The notes: generated by a model not told the origin, from the sequence alone. A stretch of 64,000 bases of DNA from Candidatus Heimdallarchaeota archaeon (GCA_020353515.1 CP070695.1:1419216-1483215); one strand, 5' to 3'; shown: positions 48,301 through 59,033, counted from the stretch's first letter. A program made the numbers and translations.

Positions 48301-48891
48301 GTGATGACAATAACCTACCTGATACCTGTTTCAGGCCGTCCAAATGCTGGAAAAACCTCTTTAATTAATTATCTGAGCCATTCGAAAAGACCTGTTGGAA
48401 AACAGGCTGGAACTACATTACGAATTGCTTCAATACCACTTATTAAGAATTTATATTTGATAGATCTTCCTGGATATGGAAGGATAACTAAGCGTTCAAA
48501 AAAGGTTGAAGACAAAATAAAAAACGAAATTATCTCTTTTTTAGAAGATCCCTCAAATCAACTATTATTTCCCATACACATAATAGATATTTCAACATTC
48601 CATCTTATGGTTAGAAGTTTGGAGAAGAAAGGAATCATCCCCATCGATATCGAAATGATTCAATTCATATCTGAGATATCAAATCATCACCCTATTGTTG
48701 TTTTAAGCAAAATCGATAAAGTGAAGAACGATTTAGTGAAACAAAATTTATTATTATTGCAGTCATATGATATTCCTGAGTCTGAAATTTTCCTCTTATC
48801 TCTAAAAACAAAAAGTGGATGTCGGACATTACGAAATAGAATTAAGGAGCTAGTAGTTCAGAAATTAGGATCTCCTTACGAACATTTTTAG
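48301..48891 (+). CDS. engB: EngB/YihA-family GTPase
   Basis: GRPNAGKTS, GTT, DLPGYG, PIDIEM, SKID. Confidence 0.88.
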   Translation: MMTITYLIPVSGRPNAGKTSLINYLSHSKRPVGKQAGTTLRIASIPLIKNLYLIDLPGYGRITKRSKKVEDKIKNEIISFLEDPSNQLLFPIHIIDISTFHLMVRSLEKKGIIPIDIEMIQFISEISNHHPIVVLSKIDKVKNDLVKQNLLLLQSYDIPESEIFLLSLKTKSGCRTLRNRIKELVVQKLGSPYEHF

Positions 48892-49042
48892 TATTTTTAT
48901 GAATATAAAAAGGGTCTATATAAATTAATAAATGAAAACAATCGAAAAGGATAGCACAACTGTCATGAAGCAAAGAAAGTTGAGGTTATACTTCCTCAAT
49001 TTGCCGATGTTTTTACATTGAAAAAATAACGAGGAGCTAAAT

Positions 49043-51175
49043 TTGAGTAATATAGAAGAATTAATCAAGAAAATTTCCCAAAAAGCTGGATTATCTAGAG
49101 CTGAAATTAAGAAGAGAATTGAAGAGAAGCAAAAGGAACTAGGTTTCTTTGTAAATGACATTGCTGCAGCACATATTATTGCAAAAGATCTTAATGTTTC
49201 CCTCGGGCGTCCTGAATTAAAGAAACGACCTAAACTTACCATAGAGAGTCTTAAAAAGATGGAACCTGGATTATCAGGGGTGGGTCTTACTGCAATAATT
49301 TTACGAGTCTTTCATCCGATTGAGTACTTAAGGGAGGGTACTAAGGGCATCCTAGCTCCTATATTATTACATGATGGAACCGATAGTATCCGTACAATTC
49401 TCTGGGGTACAATGGCTCGTCGCATTACAGAAAAACAGATAGAAAGGGGGTCTGTCATTAAAATTAAGCAGGGATATACGAAATTAGGGAGAACTCAAGA
49501 GTTAGAGCTTCATATTGGAGATCGCGGGCTAATTGAATTAGATACAGAAACCGAAACTAAAGATTTTCCAAATCCTGAAGATGAGATCTTAGATTTAGAT
49601 GCTTTAGATGAAGAAATGCAAGAAATTGATGTTAAAGCTACCGTTCTCCGAGTTGGAAAACTAACTACTTTTAATCGGTCTGATGGAACAGAAGGTCGTG
49701 TGTCTAACTTGTTTCTTAAAGGATTAAGAACAACACGACGTATTGTGTTCTGGGATAACCAAGCCGAATTAGCATTTAATTTTACACGAGGAGATGAAAT
49801 CTTAATTCAAGCTGCTAACGTAAAACTAGACCGAGACGGGAAACCTGAATTACACACAACACGAACAACCTACATCACAAAAATTGGGCATAAAACACTA
49901 CCTAGTATTGATGAGGAACAAGCACCAGAGATAGTTCAATATGAGGCTATTGAGAAAAAACTGGCTGAAATAGAAGTTAGTGATGGAATGGTTACAATTA
50001 CTGCCCGAAAAGGTCCTGTGAGTAAATTAAGTAGTTTTACACGTAGTGATGGGACAACAGGATCTGTAAAAAGAGCAACAATCTTTGATGAGACAAGTGT
50101 AACAACATTAGTACTTTGGAATGAAGCAATTTCATCATTTGATGATTTAGGTGATGAACCTTTTCAGATAAAGAATTTACGGGTCAATTTGTCAAGATAT
50201 AAAACAATTGAGCTTCACACGACAGCTCGAACAGAATTTAGCTCCCTTGATGCTTCTCAAATTCCAGAGGATCCACCTCTTGAGAGTATTTCAGAAATAA
50301 AACCACAACAAGGATTAGTATGCATACAAGGAGTTATTCAGAATGTTCAAGAAGAAAGAGAATTTACTCGTTCAGATGGAAGTACTGGTCGAGTAGCTTC
50401 AATGTCAATACGGGATACAACTGGAGAAACACGAATAGTAGCTTGGGATGATAATGTTGAGAAATTAAATTCAATCCGAGAAAAAGAGATGAAATTTGTC
50501 AAGATTTTCTTTGGTGGAATTCGACAAAGGGATGCTGATGCAGTAGAAATCCATTTATCTCCACAGAGTCATTTACGGCCATCATCACGAATTCCTGTTG
50601 CATTACGAGGTGTGGAAATTGTTGAAGAAGAACAGGTTACTCCCCAGTCAATACCAGATTATCAAAAAATCCAGCTTTCTGAATTATCAGAAACTGAAGA
50701 TGGATTAATGATAGAAGTCTTTGGTAAAGTCATCCGACTCTTTCAACAGAGCCCTTATTATCATTCATGTCCTCAATGCCGAAAGAAAGTAGTAGAAACC
50801 GACGCAGGATGGATGTGCCAAGAACATCAAATTGTCCAACCGCAAATTCGATTCAGGCTTTCTGGTACGCTTGATGATGGAACAAGCACAATTAGAACGG
50901 TTTTCTTTGGGCTCTCTGGAGAAATTTTAACAGGAATGGGAGGTAACGACATTCAGAAATTAATTGACAATGGTTTAACTGACGATGAGATTTTTCCAAT
51001 AGTCCAACAAGAAGCAGAAGGAAAAACAGTTCTGATTCAAGGCCGGGTACAATTACAAACTCAGGAAGTTCAAGGAGAAACGATACAACGTCAAGAACTG
51101 TTTGCTAATCGTGTTCGATTCCCTTCCCCTAAGATAATCGCTGAGGAATTAGTCAGTGAAATTCAAGAATCGTAA
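49043..51175 (+). CDS. rpa: Replication protein A large subunit (multiple OB folds plus zinc finger)
   Basis: Repeated F(N/T)RSDG..G.V...D..G..R...W OB motifs; CPQCRKK...CQEH zinc site; LDDGT. Confidence 0.92.
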   Translation: MSNIEELIKKISQKAGLSRAEIKKRIEEKQKELGFFVNDIAAAHIIAKDLNVSLGRPELKKRPKLTIESLKKMEPGLSGVGLTAIILRVFHPIEYLREGTKGILAPILLHDGTDSIRTILWGTMARRITEKQIERGSVIKIKQGYTKLGRTQELELHIGDRGLIELDTETETKDFPNPEDEILDLDALDEEMQEIDVKATVLRVGKLTTFNRSDGTEGRVSNLFLKGLRTTRRIVFWDNQAELAFNFTRGDEILIQAANVKLDRDGKPELHTTRTTYITKIGHKTLPSIDEEQAPEIVQYEAIEKKLAEIEVSDGMVTITARKGPVSKLSSFTRSDGTTGSVKRATIFDETSVTTLVLWNEAISSFDDLGDEPFQIKNLRVNLSRYKTIELHTTARTEFSSLDASQIPEDPPLESISEIKPQQGLVCIQGVIQNVQEEREFTRSDGSTGRVASMSIRDTTGETRIVAWDDNVEKLNSIREKEMKFVKIFFGGIRQRDADAVEIHLSPQSHLRPSSRIPVALRGVEIVEEEQVTPQSIPDYQKIQLSELSETEDGLMIEVFGKVIRLFQQSPYYHSCPQCRKKVVETDAGWMCQEHQIVQPQIRFRLSGTLDDGTSTIRTVFFGLSGEILTGMGGNDIQKLIDNGLTDDEIFPIVQQEAEGKTVLIQGRVQLQTQEVQGETIQRQELFANRVRFPSPKIIAEELVSEIQES

Positions 51176-51210
51176 GATTCATTTTTCTTCTTCATTCTGA
51201 ACAGTTACTT

Positions 51211-51279
51211 TCCCGAATTGGGATTTGAACCCACTAGCATTGATCCTATCATTGATAGTGCAATGAAAAAGAATTCAGG
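51211..51279 (-). ncRNA. Candidate D-armless tRNA-like RNA
   Basis: CCUGAAU/AUUCGGG acceptor-like stem plus A; UGGG-UUCAAAU-CCCA T-arm; CAUUG/CAAUG and CUAUC/GAUAG central hairpin; U-rich linker where the D-arm would be. Confidence 0.45.
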
Positions 51280-51322
51280 TAATTACATTTATAAGAAGAA
51301 TTTTAAGTAATAAAACTAGCAT

Positions 51323-52816
51323 ATGCGGATATTACTTCTTTCTATGCCAAATTCTATATGGGCCTGGCATCTGTATCAAGTTTTACCCAATATAGGGATA
51401 GCTTCTATAGCTGGAAATATTGATGAAGATTTCGAAGTCGACGTGGCTGATCTTGTCCTAGTTCGAGCAAATTTTAGAAGTTTCTTAGAGAATAGAATAA
51501 CAAAACATGCACCAGACATCATCGGACTAAGTGCAATGAGTTTTTCTGCCAAAACAGCATTGTACATCGCAAAATTCATAAAACACCTAGATCCGAAGAT
51601 TCAGATAGTAATAGGGGGTTATCATGCAACAACAATGGGAGAAGAAATCACACAATCTGAGAGTCTAAATCTAGATTTCATCATTCGAGGGGAGGGAGAG
51701 AGTACCTTTAATGAGCTTCTCGCAGCAATTGAGTATAACAAAGATTTAAATGAAATTAAAGGGTTATCTTTTAAAAAAAAGGAGAAATTTGTTCATAATC
51801 CCCGAAGAAAGTTAGAAGATTTAACTACACTCAAGCTACCTAGACGATCGGCTAGGATACTTACAAAGGGTTTTCATAGTATGGGTTTGAAGGCCGATGT
51901 TGTTGAAAGTTCAAGGGGGTGTGTAAATAACTGCGATTTTTGTTCTATGACTTATATGTATGGACGAAATTTCCGTAAATATACTATTGAACGGGTTTTG
52001 GATGATATAGAGGAATGCAAAAAAGGTGGTGTAAAAGCGATCATGTTCGCAGATGACAATATAACTTTGGATTCCAAGCATTTAGCTCTACTTTGCGAAG
52101 GAATAATTGAAAGAAATCTAAATAAAATCCATTATATTGTACAAGCAAGTGTAAAAGGGTTATACGATAAACCAGAGCTGCTTAAAAAGATTGTAGAGGC
52201 TAATTTCAAGCTAATTTTCCTTGGTATCGAAAATCCAAATCCGAAAATCCTTCGCTCGATTGGGAAGAACGTTAGAAATCAAGCCGAAAAATCTAAGAGC
52301 ATCATATCTTACCTCAGGAGTCAGAAAGTTTTAGCAGCAGGGGGATTTATACTGGGAAGCCCTGACGATACTAAGGAAGATTTCCTTAATGTAGTAAAAT
52401 TTGTTAAAAAAATAAAAATAGATATGCCCATTTTCCAGTTTCTTACCCCTTTTCCGAAAACAACGATTAGAGAACGGCTATTGGAAACAAACTTGGTTTT
52501 TAACACTGATGACTATAGTAATTACGATACTCTCACACCAAATGTTAAAACACATCATTTAACGAGAGAGGAAATAATAATACTCCGCGAAAGAATGTGG
52601 GACGAGTTTCTAACTCCCGATTGGTTCGTAACTAATGGAATTAATATTGCGCGATTATATCCATGGCATTCTCTTAAGACAGTGTTACGTAGTGGACCCC
52701 GTCTTTTAAAAAAGACTCTTAATAGGATGACTCGTGCCAAAAGCGAGTATGAGATAGCGGATGAAATTTTGCAAGAGGAAAAAGATTTCCGTGATCTCAA
52801 AAGATTCACATGGTGA
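51323..52816 (+). CDS. Cobalamin-dependent (class B) radical SAM enzyme
   Basis: B12-binding domain (PDIIGLS, GGYHAT, RGEGE), SRGCVNNCDFC, FADDN, GIE, TPFPKT. TTTATAAG TATA box about 28 nt upstream. Confidence 0.92.
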   Translation: MRILLLSMPNSIWAWHLYQVLPNIGIASIAGNIDEDFEVDVADLVLVRANFRSFLENRITKHAPDIIGLSAMSFSAKTALYIAKFIKHLDPKIQIVIGGYHATTMGEEITQSESLNLDFIIRGEGESTFNELLAAIEYNKDLNEIKGLSFKKKEKFVHNPRRKLEDLTTLKLPRRSARILTKGFHSMGLKADVVESSRGCVNNCDFCSMTYMYGRNFRKYTIERVLDDIEECKKGGVKAIMFADDNITLDSKHLALLCEGIIERNLNKIHYIVQASVKGLYDKPELLKKIVEANFKLIFLGIENPNPKILRSIGKNVRNQAEKSKSIISYLRSQKVLAAGGFILGSPDDTKEDFLNVVKFVKKIKIDMPIFQFLTPFPKTTIRERLLETNLVFNTDDYSNYDTLTPNVKTHHLTREEIIILRERMWDEFLTPDWFVTNGINIARLYPWHSLKTVLRSGPRLLKKTLNRMTRAKSEYEIADEILQEEKDFRDLKRFTW

Positions 52817-52873
52817 CGTTAAAAAATAGCATTATCCATCAATTCTTCAACAATTAAAAGAAAAAGCTTAGAA

Positions 52874-52980
52874 TAGGACTGGTGGGATTTGAACCCACGA
52901 CCTCCTGATGTTCTGATAACCAATCTCTAATTGGTTAATCCCAAATCAGGAATCATAAAACCATGCTAGACTACAGTCCT
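52874..52980 (-). tRNA. tRNA-Pro(TGG) with a 30-nt intron (52910-52939)
   Basis: Acceptor AGGACTG/CAGTCCT, anticodon stem CCTGA/TCAGG, T-arm GTGGG-TTCAAAT-CCCAC; BHB-like junction (TTTG/CAGA helix, GGA and ACA bulges). Confidence 0.92.
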
Positions 52981-53097
52981 GAATCGTTCTTTATGGTTCA
53001 TTTTACCTATAAAGGTGTTTTGCGCCTAGAAATATAACTTTTCTTAGTGATTAGTGAGGAAGAAAGAAACCAAAATAAATCTCATCGCAAGTTCTTA

Positions 53098-54276
53098 TCA
53101 AGGTTTGAGTGAACTAATAATTGAACACAATTCAGTTTCAGTGGCATTTGTTTTCAGACTAGTTCCTGAATAGTGAGTATTACAACTTTTATACCCCATT
53201 TCCTTCAAGATTTTTGTAACTTGCGTTAGAGGGGGGACTGGGGCTCTTACTTTCTTAGCCAGTCTTGGAATATCGAATGACCAAGGAATATCCAGCAAGG
53301 TTTCTTCTATCATCAATGAAAAACATTTCTTCAATCTTTTTTCAGTTCCCATTTTTTCTAAATGCTCATCATCGAACATGGATGATAAATAGGCTGATTG
53401 TTGGATCTTTCCTAGGTATAACGGACCGACCACCATGCCATTGGAAGCACCACAAATAGAGCATGAGTTTTCTTTTTCACCTAGATTGTTAGTGAACCTA
53501 GTATTACATTTTTTACAAAGGTAGATGAAGCCAGTTCTATTTATGACACCATCTACCCCTCGATTACGAATAAAAAAACATCTCACGAAATGTCTGTGAT
53601 AAAAAGTAACAATAGGGAGAAGAGATTGTCCTAGAGTTAATCCAACATGTTGAATCCCCGTTATCAGAGCACGAGATGCGATCTCATGGATATTCCCTAT
53701 ACGGGTTTCTAGTTGGCTTACACCATATTTTGCATAAAGTGCCCGCGGATATAGTCCAACGAGGCTAGCTAGGTCTGTTGCGGTAAAAGCAAGAAGTCCG
53801 TGAAGCCTAATCAAGTGAATACTATTATGAACGAAAGGAATGGGTGTTCCAAAGGGATCTATATCTATGAAATCAAAAACAATGTCTTTAACATTAAGAG
53901 TTTGGAGAAAAAGATTGCATTCCATATTATAAAGCAGAATCTTTTTTGCAATTGCTTTTGGAAGCCTGTTAACATTTTTCTGTGCTATATCAACAGCATT
54001 AGAGTTAATATCATTACAATAAATGCTAGAGGTTGGTGCCTCCAACGCATAGCGAGCACTACGTATTCCTGATCCACATAAAGGTTCACAAACTCTCAAT
54101 TCGCTCTTTGAATTGATGTTTCCATACGCTCTTAATGCTAAAACTGAAAGATCGCGATTAATTTCTTGATGAAAATTGAAGAATACTTCATCTGACCGTC
54201 GTGGGATATGTTCCTCAATGCTTGATTCTGGAACAAGAAAAGTTCCCAGGCCTTCCTGGATCTCGATAAGTTTCAT
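53098..54276 (-). CDS. trm1: tRNA (guanine26-N2)-dimethyltransferase
   Basis: VFFN..QEINRDLS, SGIRSARY, DIDPFGTP, FTATD, zinc ribbon, GPLY, THYS...KT. Confidence 0.95.
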   Translation of the reverse strand: MKLIEIQEGLGTFLVPESSIEEHIPRRSDEVFFNFHQEINRDLSVLALRAYGNINSKSELRVCEPLCGSGIRSARYALEAPTSSIYCNDINSNAVDIAQKNVNRLPKAIAKKILLYNMECNLFLQTLNVKDIVFDFIDIDPFGTPIPFVHNSIHLIRLHGLLAFTATDLASLVGLYPRALYAKYGVSQLETRIGNIHEIASRALITGIQHVGLTLGQSLLPIVTFYHRHFVRCFFIRNRGVDGVINRTGFIYLCKKCNTRFTNNLGEKENSCSICGASNGMVVGPLYLGKIQQSAYLSSMFDDEHLEKMGTEKRLKKCFSLMIEETLLDIPWSFDIPRLAKKVRAPVPPLTQVTKILKEMGYKSCNTHYSGTSLKTNATETELCSIISSLKP

Positions 54277-54295
54277 AACTTACTCTACCAACGAT

Positions 54296-54949
54296 TTACT
54301 CGCTTTCAACGAGATGAAGACGGTTGTATCGCTTTGAACTCTTATTTTTGTTGCTAATTGCAATGATATATATTTCAGCACTTTTTTTGCGGGATGTTGG
54401 GGGTTTGTAAGCCTTCACTTCCTGATAAGATCCTTTGATCTTTTCTAAAAGCTCCTGATACTGTTCACCTTGAAAAACCTTGGTTACAAATATTTTCGCT
54501 AGAAAATAATTTGATATTCCTAAAGCGGTTTCCGCTAACCAAATTTGGCGTGCATGATCAGTTGTCCAGTGTCCTGAAACATCAGGTGAACAATCAGCAA
54601 GGATAATGATATCATTATCATCTGCTCCATGCTTTTCAAGACTCTGTTGAATTTGTAGAATTGTACTTGGCTTTGTGATGTCACCCTTAATTATATCAGT
54701 AATATTTGGAATTGGTTTAATTCGAGCAATATCCACTAAGAAAATCCGTGCTTTACCATGTGATCTGTCACGTGCTATCTGTGAGAAACCTCCAGGCGCT
54801 CCACATAAATCAATGACCGTTTGCTCACCTTGAAATATTTTGAATTTTTTATCAATCTGAAGAAGTTTATAGGCAGCTCTGCTTCTATAACCTTCCGATT
54901 TAGCTTTTTTAGTGTATATGTCACGCTTTTTCGGCAGAGCTAACACCAT
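54296..54949 (-). CDS. rlmE: FtsJ/RlmE-family RNA 2'-O-methyltransferase
   Basis: GYRSRAAYKLLQID, DLCGAPGGFSQ, GDIT, KVFQG, KPPTSRKKSAEIY. Confidence 0.93.
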   Translation of the reverse strand: MVLALPKKRDIYTKKAKSEGYRSRAAYKLLQIDKKFKIFQGEQTVIDLCGAPGGFSQIARDRSHGKARIFLVDIARIKPIPNITDIIKGDITKPSTILQIQQSLEKHGADDNDIIILADCSPDVSGHWTTDHARQIWLAETALGISNYFLAKIFVTKVFQGEQYQELLEKIKGSYQEVKAYKPPTSRKKSAEIYIIAISNKNKSSKRYNRLHLVESE

Positions 54950-54994
54950 TTTAATATCGTTGGAGAACTTAAGGAAGAGTAAGCGCCTGAATTC

Positions 54995-55429
54995 TTACTT
55001 TCTTCGTTTTGGACGAAATTTTCTTGGTTTTCCTTTTTTTTCTGTCTTTTTTGGAGGAATCTGTTTAAGAGTTCTCCTTTTTTTTGCTTCTTTTGCTAAT
55101 GCTTTCTTCTGTTTTTCTAACGCTGGCCGAATATGCAACTTTATTTCGTTACTAAGATCTTTCAAAGTTTGTAATTTAGGTTTTTTTTTCTCAATTAGAA
55201 TAAGGCCCTTCCTTTCCCACCATTGACGGGGATAGGCAGCATATTTCTGGACTTCGTAATCATACTCCAGTTTTTCTGCAGCTAAGCGGATTTCTGTAAC
55301 CGTAGGATTCTCTAATGCTAAATCTAATGATAATCGCCGCCCTTCCTTTCGTGTGAGGGTTTTATCAAGATATTCTGGAAAAATAAAATAATGGGTATTA
55401 TCTCGTCTCAATGAGGATTCAATCTCCAT
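54995..55429 (-). CDS. srp19: Signal recognition particle protein SRP19
   Basis: IFPEYLD..LTRKEGRR, ENPTVTEI, AAYPRQWWE..G. Confidence 0.93.
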   Translation of the reverse strand: MEIESSLRRDNTHYFIFPEYLDKTLTRKEGRRLSLDLALENPTVTEIRLAAEKLEYDYEVQKYAAYPRQWWERKGLILIEKKKPKLQTLKDLSNEIKLHIRPALEKQKKALAKEAKKRRTLKQIPPKKTEKKGKPRKFRPKRRK

Positions 55430-55797
55430 TATATGAAGGGAACTTTTGTTTTTAACGTCTCAGCCTGCAGCAAGAGGAAGATATATTTTTTATGGACATC
55501 CTTTTAAAAAATTTCTTGTAAAAAGGATACTTAAATTATAGAAATCCTTTAATAGATTCCCCTAAAAATTCATACTCAACATAAAATCAAGTAGAGATTA
55601 CATCTTAAGGAGTGAGAGTATATATACCAAGCTAAGGGGGATATTGACGATGAGAAGTCATCTTAATAAACAACTTCAATGTCTGTTAAGACCAATCACC
55701 ATTTTATTAGTTGACTGCTGAACGTGAGATAAATGTAGGTGATTAGATTATTGTACTTGGATTTTAAAGCTTCTATTAAAATACAAAGGCTATCAGG

Positions 55798-57378
55798 ATG
55801 AGTAATCTTAAGAATGCTAGATTTATATTTAATAATCCAAGAAGAGTCTCCATTCTCTTCATTCTTTTCTCTCTAATCTTCTTTTCTTCAATCTTTTTGT
55901 TTTATAGTTTACTTTCAGATGATGATTATATTAGAAACAACCAAAATATCTGGGGAGAACCTCGGATTACTTTTTTTTGGCAAGGATGTAACACAACATT
56001 TGTTATGTCTTGGGATGACGCACACTCATCCGATATCAACTTAGCTCCAATTGATGAAAAACTAGGTATTTCTCATACAATATTCTCACCGTCCTATAGA
56101 AGTTATCCAAACAGATCATTTTGGCGGTTTGCATTTTTACTTGATGAATTATTTCAAGGTTATGATGTACAATCACATTGCGGGAGACATGTTCCTCTCT
56201 CTGGAAAAAGTCCCGAAGAACAAGAATATTTGATACGATGGGGAAAAACAGGGATAGAGGAATTATTTTGTTATACTCCAATTGTATTTGCATATCCCTA
56301 TGGGGTCACTGGAGGCGTGGAATATGTCGAAAAATATTTCGATTTGGGACGAACCAATAAGGGAGGTGGAGTATTATGGCCACCTGATAATTGGTATGAA
56401 GCAGGAACAACTATTGCGCCTCACGGGATTCATGATGATAATATCCATAGACTAATAGATATTATGAAGAAGATTTATCGTACAACAGGTTATCAGGTGT
56501 TTAAAGGTTATGGACATACTAACACTCTTGGAAAAAATAACAGCGTAACGAATTTTATTAACTACCGAGAAATATTTAGCCAAATTGCTAATTGGCCTGA
56601 TGTGTGGTATACATCATGGGGAGAATTGGTTGCTTATGAGAAAGAGAAAAAGAATGTAACTCTGTCTGAAGTAACTTACAGTGAGGATAAAATAGAATTC
56701 TATGTATCTGTACCCTCTTTTAATACAAATATTTACAAAGTCCCACTAACAGTCGCAATATTAATCCCAAAATCGTGGAAGAATCCATTTCCTCAAATCA
56801 ATGGAAAATATACATCTAGGTTCTCTTTGAAGCATTATGCTGATTCAACAGAGTTATATTTAGATGTACTACCACTCAAAGATCCTCGAAAGGTTGTTAT
56901 TTGGAGAAATGTCTCTGAGATTGATTCAAATCCTCCTGAAATTTCAAATTTCGTGGTTGAAACAAAAGAGGTAACTCAAAATTGGGATTTAAATAATCCA
57001 GAAACTCTGAAATTCACATTCATGCGTTTTGATGTAACAGATGAATTATCAAACGTTTACAATGTTAATGCAAGTGTTCATCTTAAGAATGGAGATGAAA
57101 TTATCTTTTCCAACATGAAAAATCCCATATTTTGGAAAAATTCGACGTATGGGCGAGTTGTGTGGGATTCAACAATCTTTAACATAGATGTACATCAAGT
57201 CGAAGAAAGAGATATTGAGTACGTCATTATTACTGTCCAAGACGATTTTGGAAATACACGTCAATGTATGATTTTTCCCACTGGATCTCAAATAGAGAAT
57301 GTATTCTCTGGTGGCCAATATTTATTACGGATGCCAGACAAAAAGCGTTCATCAGTAAATCAGTTATCACCAGCGTAA
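55798..57378 (+). CDS. Membrane-anchored polysaccharide deacetylase (CE4/NodB-like) domain protein
   Basis: N-terminal TM; SWDD, QSHCGRH, FAYPYG, GYGH, DVWY. Confidence 0.75.
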   Translation: MSNLKNARFIFNNPRRVSILFILFSLIFFSSIFLFYSLLSDDDYIRNNQNIWGEPRITFFWQGCNTTFVMSWDDAHSSDINLAPIDEKLGISHTIFSPSYRSYPNRSFWRFAFLLDELFQGYDVQSHCGRHVPLSGKSPEEQEYLIRWGKTGIEELFCYTPIVFAYPYGVTGGVEYVEKYFDLGRTNKGGGVLWPPDNWYEAGTTIAPHGIHDDNIHRLIDIMKKIYRTTGYQVFKGYGHTNTLGKNNSVTNFINYREIFSQIANWPDVWYTSWGELVAYEKEKKNVTLSEVTYSEDKIEFYVSVPSFNTNIYKVPLTVAILIPKSWKNPFPQINGKYTSRFSLKHYADSTELYLDVLPLKDPRKVVIWRNVSEIDSNPPEISNFVVETKEVTQNWDLNNPETLKFTFMRFDVTDELSNVYNVNASVHLKNGDEIIFSNMKNPIFWKNSTYGRVVWDSTIFNIDVHQVEERDIEYVIITVQDDFGNTRQCMIFPTGSQIENVFSGGQYLLRMPDKKRSSVNQLSPA

Positions 57379-57728
57379 TCAAATGCAGTTTCACCTTCTA
57401 GAATTACAATAAACTAATGAATTATCAAAGGGTTTTTATTTTCATCTTCTCGCTAGAGTGTTGTTATTGACACCTCAGGCCATAGCTCTTTCATGAATTT
57501 ACGACAACGAGGGACTATTTTTCGGAACCTTGGTGAAAAGCCATAGTAATAAGAATAACTACATTAAAATTTTATCCGTGATAGAAAACGGACAGAACAC
57601 AACACCCAAAAAAAGAAGACGAAAAGGAATCCAAGAGAATACGTATTAATTTTCACGTACTATTCTAGATAATGCATAATGAATATATATGCAAGAATTT
57701 ATGAGCTTGGTTAAATGAAAGATAGAAA

Positions 57729-58181
57729 TTGGAGTGGAAAATAATACCTCGTCCTAGAAATCCAAGAACAATTCGATGCGACCCCGCACATCCTTATTTC
57801 AAACCACGCGGTATTCCGTTAAAGGATATTGCAGGTGTAGTAGATATAACTCTTGAAGAACTAGAGACAATTCGGTTATCTGATCTGGAAGGTCTTTCAC
57901 AAACAGAAGTTGGAGAAAAAATGAATATCTCACAATCTTCAGTGTCAAGACACCTAGAAGAAGCTCATCGAAAGATAGCTAAGGCCTTAGTGCTTGGCCT
58001 TGCGATTCGTATCGCTAATCCAGTGGATTTTTTCCATTGTGTTCAATGTGGACACACTTGGCAGATTCTTAAGGATATAACTGGTGTAAAGCAATGTGAA
58101 AACTGTGAATCTACTGACTTTCATACTCACATTCACTCCGATTCTGGTTATCATATACAATCTTTGATAAATAATAAATGA
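57729..58181 (+). CDS. DUF134 HTH regulator with C-terminal zinc ribbon
   Basis: PRPRNPR, FKPRG, EELETIRLSDLEGLSQ, AHRKIAKAL, CVQCGH...CENC. Confidence 0.9.
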   Translation: MEWKIIPRPRNPRTIRCDPAHPYFKPRGIPLKDIAGVVDITLEELETIRLSDLEGLSQTEVGEKMNISQSSVSRHLEEAHRKIAKALVLGLAIRIANPVDFFHCVQCGHTWQILKDITGVKQCENCESTDFHTHIHSDSGYHIQSLINNK

Positions 58182-58313
58182 AGGTAAATAAAACAAAAGA
58201 ATAACCAGGTATTTGTTGCATTGATTCATCCTCATTTTTAAAAATTCAGCAATCATCACCGAAACGGAACTCCTGGTAGCATTAGAGTATTAAGATGAAA
58301 TATTACAGAAAAA

Positions 58314-59033
58314 TCAGAAGTTAATCAAGGTCTTCGAGGGGTTGGTTGGGTCGCTAATATCAATGATTGCTATATAACTTTGGTCTTGATAAGCTAAATA
58401 ACAATAATTTCCACTCACGTACACATCCCAAGCATTACTAGTTGCATTTCGGTGGATAGGGGTTCCAGGATTGATTGGATCACTGATGTTGATGATCGTT
58501 AGACCAGTCCAGTCAGCAATATAGGCATAATCGCCACTGATATGCACATCCATTGCACTTCCAAGTGTCTCCCTGGAGATGGGGACACCAATCCCTGCTA
58601 AACCTAGTTGAATACTTCCACTGCCCCAGCCACTCGCAGTGGTTGCGGAGGCATTGAGATAATTAGTGTTATCAAACTCTTCGATGAAAGAGAGTGAACC
58701 ATTATTACTACTATCAGAGCCTACTTGTGATTGTAGGTTGGGAAGAGGAAACTGCAATGGTTTCATACTCCTAGAAAAAAGATCACAATTCTTGTATGAA
58801 GAATTGTATTCTAATTGATGGTTGAGATCTACTCTTTCTACATTCTCACGACGCCTGGAGATCCCTGTAAGACCATTCTTAGAAGTTTCAACCCATTCTT
58901 GAGGCAGTTCTTTCATTACTTGCCCGAAAAGACAACTAAGGATCAATAGAAAGTATATCAACCACTTTCTTTGCCAGGGATTTCTCCCTAACCCTAGAAT
59001 CAATTGTAGTACCCTATCAATTTTGATTATCAA
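58314..59033 (-). pseudogene. Truncated secreted LVIVD-repeat protein
   Basis: Two LVIVD repeats (DVHISGDYAYIAD..GLTIINISDP; DVYVSGNYCYLA...IIDISDPTNP), then a stop. Too few repeats for a propeller. Confidence 0.65.
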
